A stretch of DNA of 64,000 bases from an uncultured Spirochaetota bacterium (GTDB taxonomy: Bacteria; Spirochaetota; Spirochaetia; SZUA-6; Fen-1364), in contig CAVTHO010000010.1 of NCBI GenBank assembly GCA_963734545.1, positions 96,001 to 160,000 on the forward strand, given 5' to 3'. The notes under the pieces are model-generated. The model was not told where the DNA came from. It worked only from the letters and a program-made list of their open reading frames with translations, and did no database searches. Both the position numbers and the translations under genes were made by a program. This document shows, one piece after another, positions 43,793 to 53,538 of this stretch; position 1 is the stretch's first letter; every line of letters begins with the position of its first letter.

Positions 43793-45634
43793 ATGTACCG
43801 TTGTCTGAATCCGGGAGCGATCGGAATCCGTGCAGGCTGGGAAGAGTGTGCGGCGCTGGCACAAGAGGGTGACTTCGAGGGAATAGACGTGCCGGTCACG
43901 GCCGCGCTCGACGTGCAGAAATGCCTCGATCGACTTGCGGAGTCCGGCCTTCGGCCGGGAGGCACGACGCTTCCCTTTGATTTCCGATCCGAGGCAGCCG
44001 TCTACGCCGACGGGCTGAAGCTCCTGGACGACATCGTTCGGCGCGCCGACAGGATCGGGGAGAGGCGTTTCTACACGTGGATCTGGTCTTTCTCGGATGA
44101 CCGGCCGATGAAAGACAACTTCCGCTTTCATGTGGAACGTCTGCGCCCGATTGCCCAGGCCCTGGACGCACGCGGCTGTGTCCTCGGGCTTGAGTTCCTC
44201 GGCCCGAAAACCCTGCGCCTCGGGCATCGTTACGCCTTCATCCACACCATGGAACACATGCTCGACCTGTGCGAGGCGGTCGGCCCGAACACCGGCCTTC
44301 TTCTCGACGCCTGGCACTGGCATACGTCCCTCGGGACCCTCGAAGATATTCGCAACCTCGCCGCACGCCAGGTCGTCTACGTGCACGTCAACGACGCCCC
44401 TGCCGGAATCCCCGTGGAAATGCAGGTGGACACTGTCCGCGCGCTCCCCGGTGAGACCGGCGTCATCGATCTTCCGGGCTTTCTCGATGCGCTGAGACAC
44501 ATCGGGTACGACGGCCCGATCGTGCCCGAGCCCTTCATGCCGGAGCTGGCAGCACTCGAGCCAATCGACGCGATCCGCCGCGTCGGGGGGGCGCTGCGTC
44601 GTGCCGGGCAGCTCCCGCCGCGCACCCCTCTTCCCACCACCATGAAGGCGATAGCGACAGGCAGCAGGAAAGCTTGGACCGTCGACGTGCCCGTTCCGCG
44701 GGCGCGCGGAAACGAGGTAGTCATCAAGCTCTATGCCAGCCCGATTTGCGGCAGCGTGATGGGAGGCTTTTTCGGAGAGGGAGAATGGATCAATCGCGGC
44801 CACGAGGGGGCGGGCGAGGTGGTCGAAGTGGCGCACAGCACCCGTCTCAAAGTCGGAGATCGCGTGGCAGCCGGAGTTCTGACCGGCTGCGGCACATGCC
44901 CTGATTGCCTTCGCGGAGACGCCATCTTCTGCAGGGAACGGCCCGAGGTCCACGGCACGTTTGCCCAGTTCACACGGGCGGCCGACATCGTGTGCACGCG
45001 TATCCCGGATTCCCTGAGCTACGCCCACGCCTCCCTCATGTGCTGCGGGCTGGGACCGGCCTACGAATCACTCAAGCGCCTGCACCTGCGCCCCTATGAT
45101 ACCATCCTGGTGTCCGGGCTCGGACCTGTCGGCCTCGGGGCAGTTGCCCTGGCCTCCACCCACGGTGCCAGAATCATTGCCGTTGATCCCGTTGCGTATC
45201 GCCGCGAGCTGGCCAGGAAACTCGGCGCCGCGGAAGCCTTCGATCCGTCCGACACCAACTTGTCGGAGATCGTGGTCGGCTTGACGGACGGCAGGGGCAT
45301 TCCCAAAGCCATCGACGCTTCGGGCGATGCATCGATGCAGCGAATGGCAATTGATCTTGCGGGAACACGCGGCGAGATCGCGTTTGTGGGGGAGAACCCG
45401 GGCACCATTCCCCTCTCTCCCAGCAAAGACATGATCCGCAAAGGACTTACCCTGCACGGCTGCTGGCACATGAACATGCTGGATGCCCCGGACCTCATTC
45501 AGTTCCTTCAGCGCTGGCCCGCCAAGGCGGACATGCTGATCACGCACTCCTGCGGATTCGCTGACGTGCAGCAGGCATTCGACACATTCGCGTCGAGACA
45601 GTGCGCGAAAGTGCTGCTCGAGCCCTGGAAGTGA
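43793..45634 (+). CDS. Fusion: sugar phosphate isomerase/epimerase TIM barrel + Zn-dependent (MDR) dehydrogenase
   Basis: N-half GLEF, LLLDAWHW, YVHVND, RALPGETGVID, YDGPIVPE; C-half ICGS, GHEGAG, CGTCPDCLRGDAIFC, GLGPVG; AAGGAGG ribosome-binding site. Confidence 0.9.
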   Translation: MYRCLNPGAIGIRAGWEECAALAQEGDFEGIDVPVTAALDVQKCLDRLAESGLRPGGTTLPFDFRSEAAVYADGLKLLDDIVRRADRIGERRFYTWIWSFSDDRPMKDNFRFHVERLRPIAQALDARGCVLGLEFLGPKTLRLGHRYAFIHTMEHMLDLCEAVGPNTGLLLDAWHWHTSLGTLEDIRNLAARQVVYVHVNDAPAGIPVEMQVDTVRALPGETGVIDLPGFLDALRHIGYDGPIVPEPFMPELAALEPIDAIRRVGGALRRAGQLPPRTPLPTTMKAIATGSRKAWTVDVPVPRARGNEVVIKLYASPICGSVMGGFFGEGEWINRGHEGAGEVVEVAHSTRLKVGDRVAAGVLTGCGTCPDCLRGDAIFCRERPEVHGTFAQFTRAADIVCTRIPDSLSYAHASLMCCGLGPAYESLKRLHLRPYDTILVSGLGPVGLGAVALASTHGARIIAVDPVAYRRELARKLGAAEAFDPSDTNLSEIVVGLTDGRGIPKAIDASGDASMQRMAIDLAGTRGEIAFVGENPGTIPLSPSKDMIRKGLTLHGCWHMNMLDAPDLIQFLQRWPAKADMLITHSCGFADVQQAFDTFASRQCAKVLLEPWK

Positions 45635-45669
45635 GGGGAAGCACCCGCGCGGACTTCGTGGAGACCAGC

Positions 45670-48405
45670 ATGGCACAGAGGAAGCAGCGTGAGCCTGAGG
45701 GGGACTTTGGCATCGTCGAGGCGCTTTGCGAATATCAAAGGAACCCTCTGGGCATCGACGTCACCGCCCCGCGTTTCTCATGGATTCTTCGTCACACCGG
45801 CCGCGGCCAGCGGCAGTCTGCCTACCGGATCAGGGTGGCGTCAACCCTGTCCCGCCTCGAGTCAGGACGGGCCGATCTGTGGGACAGCGGACGAATCCGA
45901 TCGGCGCAGTCGGTCAACGTGCCTTATGGGGGCCGTGCGCTCCGCAGCGGGACCGCGTACCACTGGAACGTCTGCGCATGGGACCGCGGCGGACGTCGCC
46001 GCGCGCAAGGCGAAACGGCCAGCTTCGAAATGGGCCTTCTTCACGCCCGGAACTGGCGCACGGGCTGGTTCGGGTGCAGCGGGGCGACGTCCGGTGAAGG
46101 CGTTCTTTTCCGGCGCGAATTCGCCTTCCCGGGAGAGGTGACACGCGCCAGGGTCTATATCTCAGGTCTTGGCTACTACGAGCTTTCGATCAATGGCAGG
46201 AAAGTGGGCGACCATGTGCTCGATCCCGGGTGGACCGAGTACAGCAAGACCGCTCTCTACGTCACCTACGACATCGCCCCCTACCTGATGCAAGGGACGA
46301 ACGCAGTGGGCGTGATGCTGGGAAGCGGATGGCACGGCGAGCCCCTGCTTCTCCTGCAGATGGACATCGCGCTTGCGGATGGAAGCCACGTCGTCCTCCA
46401 GGATGCTGAAGGGTCCTGGCAGACGACCGGGGCTCCCGTCGTGCGCAACAGCATCTACGGCGGCGAGGTGTACGATGCCCGACTGGAGCTGCCGGGGTGG
46501 GACATGCCGGGATTCCGGACCGATCCCCGCGTCTGGGCCAATGCGCGTCGAGTGGAAGGCCCCGGCGGGAAACTGAAAGCGCAGATGCTCGAGGCAATCA
46601 AGGTGGTCCGCACGGTGAAACCGGTTCGGATCACCCGCCCCCAGCCGGGCGTTCATATCGTGGATTTCGGTCAGAACTTCAGCGGCTGGTGCCGGCTCTC
46701 CGTGCAGGGTCCACGAGGGACCTCTGTCGTCATGAGGCATGCGGAGGTCCTCTCCGCGGACGGCACCGTCAACCAGGAAAACCTCCGCACCGCGCGGGCC
46801 ACGGCTGTGTATGTCCTGAAAGGCGGAGGTGGGGAGACCTACGAGCCGCGCTTCACCTACTTCGGATTCCGCTACGTCGAAGTCACAGGCTTCCCGGGCG
46901 AGCTGACACCCGAAGACCTGACCGGCTGCGTCGTTCGTTCTTCGGTCGACACGTCCGGTGAGTTCTCCTGCTCCAATGCGCTGTTCAACCGGATCCAGAG
47001 CAACATCGTGTGGACGGAAGGGAACAACCTTCACAGCCTGCCCACGGACTGTCCGCAGCGCGACGAGCGCATGGGATGGCTCAACGACATGACGGTCCGG
47101 GCCGAGGAAGCCATCTACAACTTCTCCATGGTGCGGCTGTACACGAAATGGATGCGGGATATCCGGGATGCCCAGGACCCCGTCACGGGGGCGATAGCCG
47201 ACACGGCGCCCTTTCTGTGGGGCGGCCGCCCGGGAGACCCGGTGGACTGCTACCTGTTCGTGGCGTGGTTCCTCTACCTTTACTACGGCGATGCGCGCAT
47301 TCTCGAAGAATACTACGACAGCATGAAGCGGTGGGTGGATTTCCTCGGACGCCAGGCCGATGACCTCATTGTGCCCTACACCCGCTATGGCGACTGGTGC
47401 ACGCCGATCAAAGACTGCCTGCCCGCAGACACGTCCGATATTCCTGAGGAATCCCGGGGCGCAGTTGTCCGTCTCGGGTCCTATCCCCGGGCAACCCCGG
47501 GCGCTCTCATCTCCACTGCCTACTACCATTACAATGCCCTCATCCTGTCGCGAATCGCTGAACGGACGGGGAACGGGCGCGATTCACGCCGCTATGCTGC
47601 GCTGGCACGCCGGATAGCATCAGCGCTCAATAAACGCTTCTTCGACCCTGACACGGGCAACTACGCCACCGGGAGCCAGGGCTCCAACACTCTCCCGCTC
47701 TTCCTGGGGATCGTGCCCCGGCAGCAGCGTCATCTGGTCCTGCGCAACATCGTTCAGGACATCGTCGAGAAGCACGGGGGGCACCTGAACGCGGGCAACC
47801 AATGCACGAAGTACATGTTCGAAGTGCTCACGGAGCTCGGGGCGGGGGACGTCGCCTACGGGATGATGAACCGCACCACGTATCCCAGCTGGGGCTACAT
47901 GATCGAGCACGGTGCCACCACGATCTGGGAACGCTGGGAGGAGTTGACCGGGCCGGGCATGAACTCCCACGACCATCCCATGCTGGGAGCTGTCGGCGCC
48001 TGGTTCTACAAGTACCTGGCCGGGCTGCAGGCAGATCCTCGGTCCCCCGGATGGCAGTCGTTCCAGGTCAGGCCGCATGTCCTTTCTGACCTTGGCTCTG
48101 TCACGGCGACGATTCGAACCGTTCGAGGGAGGATTTCCGTCGCGTGGGAACGAAAGCCCGGCCAGCTTACGCTCGACGTATGCGTTCCTGTCAACAGCTC
48201 AGCCAGGATCCACATCCCCTTGCTGGGAAGCACGCACGCGCAGGTATCAGAGGGCGACACTCCGCTGTGGGACGGGACGAAGGGTTCGGAAGGAATTGCC
48301 GGCTTGAGGCGCGTTCGGCAGGTGGACGGATACCTGGCGGTCGACGCGGGATCCGGCTCCTACCATTTCGCTGTCCGCGCCCACGAGCCGGTCAAGCCGC
48401 AGTGA
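45670..48405 (+). CDS. Alpha-L-rhamnosidase, glycoside hydrolase family 78
   Basis: PRFSW...QSAY, LWDSG, ISGLGYY, DFGQN, PRFTYFGFRY, PTDCPQRDERMGW, GATTIWERW, MNSHDH; start uncertain (GGAG before ATG 45670). Confidence 0.94.
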   Translation: MAQRKQREPEGDFGIVEALCEYQRNPLGIDVTAPRFSWILRHTGRGQRQSAYRIRVASTLSRLESGRADLWDSGRIRSAQSVNVPYGGRALRSGTAYHWNVCAWDRGGRRRAQGETASFEMGLLHARNWRTGWFGCSGATSGEGVLFRREFAFPGEVTRARVYISGLGYYELSINGRKVGDHVLDPGWTEYSKTALYVTYDIAPYLMQGTNAVGVMLGSGWHGEPLLLLQMDIALADGSHVVLQDAEGSWQTTGAPVVRNSIYGGEVYDARLELPGWDMPGFRTDPRVWANARRVEGPGGKLKAQMLEAIKVVRTVKPVRITRPQPGVHIVDFGQNFSGWCRLSVQGPRGTSVVMRHAEVLSADGTVNQENLRTARATAVYVLKGGGGETYEPRFTYFGFRYVEVTGFPGELTPEDLTGCVVRSSVDTSGEFSCSNALFNRIQSNIVWTEGNNLHSLPTDCPQRDERMGWLNDMTVRAEEAIYNFSMVRLYTKWMRDIRDAQDPVTGAIADTAPFLWGGRPGDPVDCYLFVAWFLYLYYGDARILEEYYDSMKRWVDFLGRQADDLIVPYTRYGDWCTPIKDCLPADTSDIPEESRGAVVRLGSYPRATPGALISTAYYHYNALILSRIAERTGNGRDSRRYAALARRIASALNKRFFDPDTGNYATGSQGSNTLPLFLGIVPRQQRHLVLRNIVQDIVEKHGGHLNAGNQCTKYMFEVLTELGAGDVAYGMMNRTTYPSWGYMIEHGATTIWERWEELTGPGMNSHDHPMLGAVGAWFYKYLAGLQADPRSPGWQSFQVRPHVLSDLGSVTATIRTVRGRISVAWERKPGQLTLDVCVPVNSSARIHIPLLGSTHAQVSEGDTPLWDGTKGSEGIAGLRRVRQVDGYLAVDAGSGSYHFAVRAHEPVKPQ

Positions 48406-48428
48406 CGGCAGTGTCGACTCACATGGCA

Positions 48429-48518
48429 AACGAGCAGCATGTCCCGGCCCGGCCCGCCATCGAGAACATCCGCGCCGGGCCCTCCGATCAGGAGATCGTT
48501 TCCGGGACCGCCAAGCAA
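48429..48518 (-). pseudogene. Orphan RTX-repeat fragment (3 nonapeptides)
   Basis: LLGGPGNDLLIGGPGADVLDGGPGRDMLL, with unconvincing flanking translation. Confidence 0.6.
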
Positions 48519-48885
48519 GGCGGTACTTTTCCCTATCGATCCACATTTCACTTCAACTTTTGTGAAGCCGGGCCGACAGGACTCAGCCGACAAAGACCAA
48601 TGCCACACCCGCGCAATGCACCTGTCAATAGAAGCTTCTTCATCGGCCCCATGAGAAGGGCGCCCCTGACGGACCGGATCCCCTCTTCATTTATCCGGCC
48701 CTGCATCAACACGCATGCGGGTGGAGCCTCCCCTGGGAGCGAACTGGCTCCCCAATGCCCGCTTTTTCAGGCTTTTCCCGTCTCGAATGCCTTCGAAGAT
48801 TGACAATGCCTGTGCGAAAAACCACCCTCTCCACGCGAAGGTTGTTGCCCGCAGCTCAACGGGAATGAAAAACAAAGGAGCCTCC

Positions 48886-50421
48886 ATGGACGTGAACAAG
48901 GAGAACGGGTGGTCTGCGATCTGGAAGAAGGATGACTGGCTGTCCGTCTGGATCGGCTTTCTCATCCTTGGCGTCTTCATCGCCGGCTTCGCGCTCAGGC
49001 TCCCTGACTGGAAGTGGATGAGCGGCGCCGAGTTCGACGGGAAGGGTGCAGCCTGGGCGGAGAGAGTCCAGGCGCTCGCGGCGGATGCGGAGGCGAAGAG
49101 AGAGGCCGGCCTCAAGGGATCCCTCGTGGCCCTCTACTCGGCCCTCTCCATGAAGGACCGGCTGAGCGCAGCAGATGCGGCGGCAGCCCTGCAGGATACG
49201 GCAAGAAACGTGCAGGACTCCGACCTGAAGAAAAAGGCGGGCGCGATCGGAGCGGAAATCAGGACCGCCGCGGGCCAGCGCATTGCGCGGGTCATCTCCT
49301 GGACGAACCTTCAGGGGGCGCTCCTGATCCTGGCGGGCTTCTGGTTGCTTGCCGCGATAGCGATCGTTCTCATGGGTGAGAAGCTCGGCAGGTTTCTCAT
49401 TGGATTTCCCGTGGTCTTCGTCCTGGCCGCGGCAGCCTTTTTCATCGCGGGAAACGACACCGTCACCTACTACGGCATCGAGTACGTCATCTGGGCCCTC
49501 CTCATCGGTCTGTTCATCAGCAACGTGCTCGGCGTTCCCGGCTGGCTGAAAGCGGCCGCAAAGACGGAGCTCTACATCAAGATCGGGCTCGTGATGCTCG
49601 GCGCCGAGGTCATCTTCAGCACCATCCTGAAGGCGGGAGCGCTGGCGATGATCCAGGCCGTCGTCGTCATCGGCGCCGTGTGGTACGTCTGCTACTGGCT
49701 GGCCAAGAAGCTCGGCCTCGACAAGGAGTTCGGCGCCATCCTGGCCACGGGAGTCTCGGTCTGCGGAGTCTCCGCCGCTATCGCTGCCGGTGGCGCCCTG
49801 AAGGGCGACCCGAAGAAGGTGAGCCATACGATCTCGCTCGTCCTGCTCGTTGCCATCCCGATGCTGATCCTGCAGCCCCTCATCGCTCGCGCGGTGCAGC
49901 TGCCCCTCAGCGTCGCCGGGGCGTGGATCGGCGGGACCATCGACACCACCGGCGCCGTGGCTGCCGCGGGATCCCTCGTCGGGCCGGTGGCGCTCAACGT
50001 TGCCACGGTCGTGAAGCTGTCCCAGAACGCGCTGATAGGGGTCATCGCGTTCCTGCTCGCTCTCTGGGCCGCGTTCACCCGCAAGGGAGCCGGCGCCGAG
50101 CGGCCGCGCGCAGGGGAGATCTGGGGCAGGTTCCCCAAGTTCGTCCTCGGCTTCATCGTCGCATCGCTCGTCGTCTCCCTTTTCCTGAGCGAGCCGTCAG
50201 CCAAGGCACTCACGAAGCTCACCTCCAGCCTGCGGGGCATCTGGTTCGCCCTCGCCTTCCTCTCCATCGGGCTGGACACGAGGTTCAAGGACCTCATCGC
50301 CATGGGCGGCGGGAAACCGGCGCTCACGTTCGTCCTGGCGCAGGTCTTCAACATCTTCTGGACCCTCCTTGTCGCCTACCTCCTGTTCGGCGGCCTCCTC
50401 TTTCCGGCACCGAGCCTCTGA
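48886..50421 (+). CDS. Putative sulfate exporter (YeiH/PSE) family membrane protein
   Basis: AAGGAG ribosome-binding site; ELYIKIGLVMLGA, GVSVCGVSAAIA, GAWIGGTID, VVKLSQN, RFPKFVLGF. Confidence 0.92.
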   Translation: MDVNKENGWSAIWKKDDWLSVWIGFLILGVFIAGFALRLPDWKWMSGAEFDGKGAAWAERVQALAADAEAKREAGLKGSLVALYSALSMKDRLSAADAAAALQDTARNVQDSDLKKKAGAIGAEIRTAAGQRIARVISWTNLQGALLILAGFWLLAAIAIVLMGEKLGRFLIGFPVVFVLAAAAFFIAGNDTVTYYGIEYVIWALLIGLFISNVLGVPGWLKAAAKTELYIKIGLVMLGAEVIFSTILKAGALAMIQAVVVIGAVWYVCYWLAKKLGLDKEFGAILATGVSVCGVSAAIAAGGALKGDPKKVSHTISLVLLVAIPMLILQPLIARAVQLPLSVAGAWIGGTIDTTGAVAAAGSLVGPVALNVATVVKLSQNALIGVIAFLLALWAAFTRKGAGAERPRAGEIWGRFPKFVLGFIVASLVVSLFLSEPSAKALTKLTSSLRGIWFALAFLSIGLDTRFKDLIAMGGGKPALTFVLAQVFNIFWTLLVAYLLFGGLLFPAPSL

Positions 50422-50513
50422 GCAACGGAGCGGACGCCGCGTCCAGCGGTGCGTGAGAGACGCGGCTTCACGCTTGCTCGAGGGAGATCCAAGCGATAAA
50501 GTGGGAATCTGCA

Positions 50514-50818
50514 ATGGACAACCCAGGCAAAGCCGAAAGCCTTTCGCTCCTCATTGTCGACGACGAGGTGCTCACCCGATCCCTGCTCAGGAACTGCCTC
50601 GACTGGGGGAGCCTCGGCATTCGAATCGTCGGAGAGGCGGCAGATGCGGAGGAGGGCTACACTATCGTCAAGGGCCTTCGCCCCGACATGGTGCTGACCG
50701 ATATCCGGATGGGACGGATCGACGGTATCAATTTCGGAGGCACGGTACGCTGGGCATACTCGAACTCGTCATAGCCCGTGATCACGACTACCCGTGTGCG
50801 CGGGAATTCGGCCTTTAC
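50514..50818 (+). pseudogene. Disrupted YesN-like response-regulator receiver domain (first half on +, second half inverted on -)
   Basis: + strand LLIVDDE...DW...VGEAAD...PDMVLTDIRMGRIDGINF; - strand 50818-50741 reads VKAEFPRTRVVVITGYDEFEYAQRTV. Confidence 0.8.
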
Positions 50819-52332
50819 TCCCTGGCGCGCGCGCCCTGCAGGGGGCTGTACTCGAACCAGTCGAAGTCTGCCGGTGACGAACAGGGCGCTCCGTTCCCGC
50901 TGCTGAACATCGCCAGGTACATCCCGGTAAATCCTCCGGCAACCTCGGTCGCCAGGTAGCGGGTCTCGCCCGCTGCCATCTCCTCAGGTCGGCCGGCGTC
51001 GGACGCTCCGGAGAACCTGTAGGTCTCGCGGTCCGCGTCGACGCGGAGGAGAACCACGCCTGGGTCGACCTCGCGGCACGCCACCTCCGCCGCGAGGCTT
51101 CCGATCCGCCGGCGGACCACGAGGCACCGCTTTCCCCCGCGCAGTGCAAGGAACAGATCGTAGTGGTGCCTCTCGTTCATCCACACAGTCAGCCCGGCCC
51201 ATTCGCGCTCCGAACGGGGCGTGAAGTCCAGTCGGGCCGTCACACGCAAGGCGAAATGCTCCTGACGACGGCCGACCCATGCGGGCGAGCCCGCCTGGTC
51301 CAAAGCAGTCGCCGCTCCGTGCAGACGCAGCCATCCCGGCCGGTCCGCGAGCGACCATGACCAGTCCTCGGGGTTGCGGAGGAAGTTCCATTCCCGGCCC
51401 AGGCTGTTATGCTCGAAGTCGTTCCGCTCAGGCGGAGCAGGCCATGGCTGCGGCGGCGGCAGCGGGCCCGACATCTCGAGGGCCACCCTTCCACCTGTGC
51501 CGATCACCGGCCACCCGTCGGCGTCCCAGGTCACTGGCGCGAGGAAGGTTTCCCGGCCGAGATGATGACAGGGCCAGTGGCCGTTCGGACGTATGCCGAG
51601 GAACACTACCCACCAGTTTCCGCTGCCGTCCTGGACAAAGTCGCCGTGGCCGGTGGCCTGGATGGGGCTGGAGAGACTGCGGTGACTCAGGATCGGGTTG
51701 CGCGGGCAGGGCTCGAACGGGCCCCAGGGAGATGGCGAGCGCGCGATCGTCAGCATGTGCCCGTACTCGGTGCCGCCTTCGGAAATGAGAAGGTAGTACT
51801 GGCCGCGGATCCTGTAGAGGTGCGGCCCTTCGGGGTATTGCCCGCCCGTGCCTTGCCAGATCGACCGCTCCTTTTCGGCGTTCCCCGAGGGGAGATGGAT
51901 TTCTCGCTGGACGATGCCCTCCGAGGAGCAGGAGAAGTAGACCTTCCCGTCGTCGTCAAAGAAGAGCGACGGATCGATCCCTGCCCCCGCGAGCCAGACC
52001 GGCTCCGACCACTCGCCTGCAGGGTCAGAGGCGGTTACGAGAAAATGACCTCCATTGGTAGTATTGGTCGTGATCATGAAGAAGGCGCCCTGGTAGTGAC
52101 GGATAGTCGGCGCGTAGATGCCGCCCGAGCTTCGTGCCCCTCGCAGAGGCAGTTGCGAGGCGCGGGACAGGCAGTGACCGATCTGACGCCAGTGCACGAG
52201 GTCGCGCGAATGAAAGACCGGGACTCCCGGGAAGTATTCGAAGGAACTGGTCACCAGGTAGAAGTCAGTGCCCACCCGGCACACGCTGGGGTCTGGGTGA
52301 AAACCGGGGATCACAGGATTCGTATAGTTCAC
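50815..52332 (-). CDS. Glycoside hydrolase family 43 (beta-xylosidase/arabinofuranosidase)
   Basis: NPVIPGFHPDPSVCR, TSSFEYFPG, YAPTIR, IDPSLF, EGPHLY, EGGT, GHGD, LGRETFL, GGFTG; GTG start after GGGAGG. Confidence 0.95.
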   Translation of the reverse strand: MNYTNPVIPGFHPDPSVCRVGTDFYLVTSSFEYFPGVPVFHSRDLVHWRQIGHCLSRASQLPLRGARSSGGIYAPTIRHYQGAFFMITTNTTNGGHFLVTASDPAGEWSEPVWLAGAGIDPSLFFDDDGKVYFSCSSEGIVQREIHLPSGNAEKERSIWQGTGGQYPEGPHLYRIRGQYYLLISEGGTEYGHMLTIARSPSPWGPFEPCPRNPILSHRSLSSPIQATGHGDFVQDGSGNWWVVFLGIRPNGHWPCHHLGRETFLAPVTWDADGWPVIGTGGRVALEMSGPLPPPQPWPAPPERNDFEHNSLGREWNFLRNPEDWSWSLADRPGWLRLHGAATALDQAGSPAWVGRRQEHFALRVTARLDFTPRSEREWAGLTVWMNERHHYDLFLALRGGKRCLVVRRRIGSLAAEVACREVDPGVVLLRVDADRETYRFSGASDAGRPEEMAAGETRYLATEVAGGFTGMYLAMFSSGNGAPCSSPADFDWFEYSPLQGARARE

Positions 52333-52430
52333 CAAGGTTCCTCCCCGCATTCCTATTCATCTGCCGGATCGCACTCCAGTACATCATATTTCTTGTCCCG
52401 CATCACGGTTTTCTTGACCTGAGCCGCACC

Positions 52431-52459
52431 TTGACGCCGAGGTCCGGGCTTTCCATACT
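52431..52459 (+). promoter_or_regulatory. Sigma70-type promoter of the LuxR-type gene
   Basis: TTGACG, 17 bp, CATACT, ending 5 nt before GTG 52465. Confidence 0.6.
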
Positions 52460-52464
52460 GGCAG

Positions 52465-53415
52465 GTGCCGATGCCCCACCTCCTGGTGCTCTCCTACGTC
52501 GCGGCAACCATGATCGGACTGACGGCGCTGGCAGTCTCGGCGGTCGCGGCGATACGCTCCCGAGACAGGGCGTACTGGCTGCTGATCCTCTTCTACGCCG
52601 CGTTTACCGCGCAGATCGCCACCGTGTTCACTCGTGAGTACCTGTACGTGAACGTCACGGGCTTTTCGCCCCGGGCGGTCCTCGTCACCTACGGGGCCGG
52701 CACGGTACTGGTCATGGTGTACATGGCCGCGATCACTCTCTACTACCACCGGATCTTCGCGGTCCGGTTTCAGAGGCTTCGCGACGGCGTGGTGATAGCG
52801 GCAGCGTTGTTCGTCGTGGCCGCTTTTCTGTGGCCGAATTCAGTCACCATGGATGCCGCCCGAAACCTGTTTGTCCGCAATACGCCCGTGCTCGCGGGTT
52901 CCTGCGTGCACATCCTCGTGTTCGCCTATCTCCTGGTGATCGGAGCGGCAGGTTCCAAGGCGGATCGACCGGCGCGCGAGCTGCTGCTGATCTGGGCCAC
53001 CTATGCGTTCGGGATCATCGGCTTTGCCGAAAGCCTCCTCGGATTGGTCCAGCAGGTGAAGGATCCCCGCGTGATCATGTCCGCCTCCGGCCAGGGGTTC
53101 ATGATCAGCACGGTACCCTATGTGCTGTTCGGAGGCGTTCTTGCATACTACTTCGGGTCCTTCCTGGTTGCCGATGCGGGACCGGCTCGGAAAGTCGGCG
53201 ACGAGTTCGCCAGCCGGTTCCAGATCTCGCCAAGGGAACGCGAAGTAGTCCAGCTGCTGAACGAGGGCCTGGGTAATCGGGAGATCGCCCAGAGGCTGTT
53301 CGTCAGTGTTGCCACCGTGAAGACACACGTGCACAACGTCTACGAAAAGACAGGGGCGAAGAGCCGCTATGAGCTCTATCGTCTCATCGAACCCCTGGAC
53401 CAGAAAGCCACATGA
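52465..53415 (+). CDS. Membrane-anchored LuxR-family regulator (about 7 TM helices + C-terminal HTH)
   Basis: Hydrophobic N-terminal segments; [42 protein letters not shown]. Confidence 0.92.
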   Translation: MPMPHLLVLSYVAATMIGLTALAVSAVAAIRSRDRAYWLLILFYAAFTAQIATVFTREYLYVNVTGFSPRAVLVTYGAGTVLVMVYMAAITLYYHRIFAVRFQRLRDGVVIAAALFVVAAFLWPNSVTMDAARNLFVRNTPVLAGSCVHILVFAYLLVIGAAGSKADRPARELLLIWATYAFGIIGFAESLLGLVQQVKDPRVIMSASGQGFMISTVPYVLFGGVLAYYFGSFLVADAGPARKVGDEFASRFQISPREREVVQLLNEGLGNREIAQRLFVSVATVKTHVHNVYEKTGAKSRYELYRLIEPLDQKAT

Positions 53416-53443
53416 CGCGAGCCCGCCCGCCTTTTCCCGAGAA

Positions 53444-53489
53444 ATCAATCCGTTGATGGATGCCGGGAACCCCCGATCAATCCGTTGAT
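53444..53489. promoter_or_regulatory. Twin palindromic operator ATCAATCCGTTGAT (2 identical copies)
   Basis: Copies at 53444-53457 and 53476-53489; each is ATCAA-N4-TTGAT; 32-bp period. Confidence 0.75.
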
Positions 53490-53538
53490 CGATGGTTCGG
53501 CCTGCCCCCTTGTGATGAACTTCACCTCGGAGGCTTAT

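Noticed and set aside
53444-53489. Mini-CRISPR or IS ends
   Set aside because: Only two 14-bp copies with an 18-bp gap; no cas or transposase; fits an operator.
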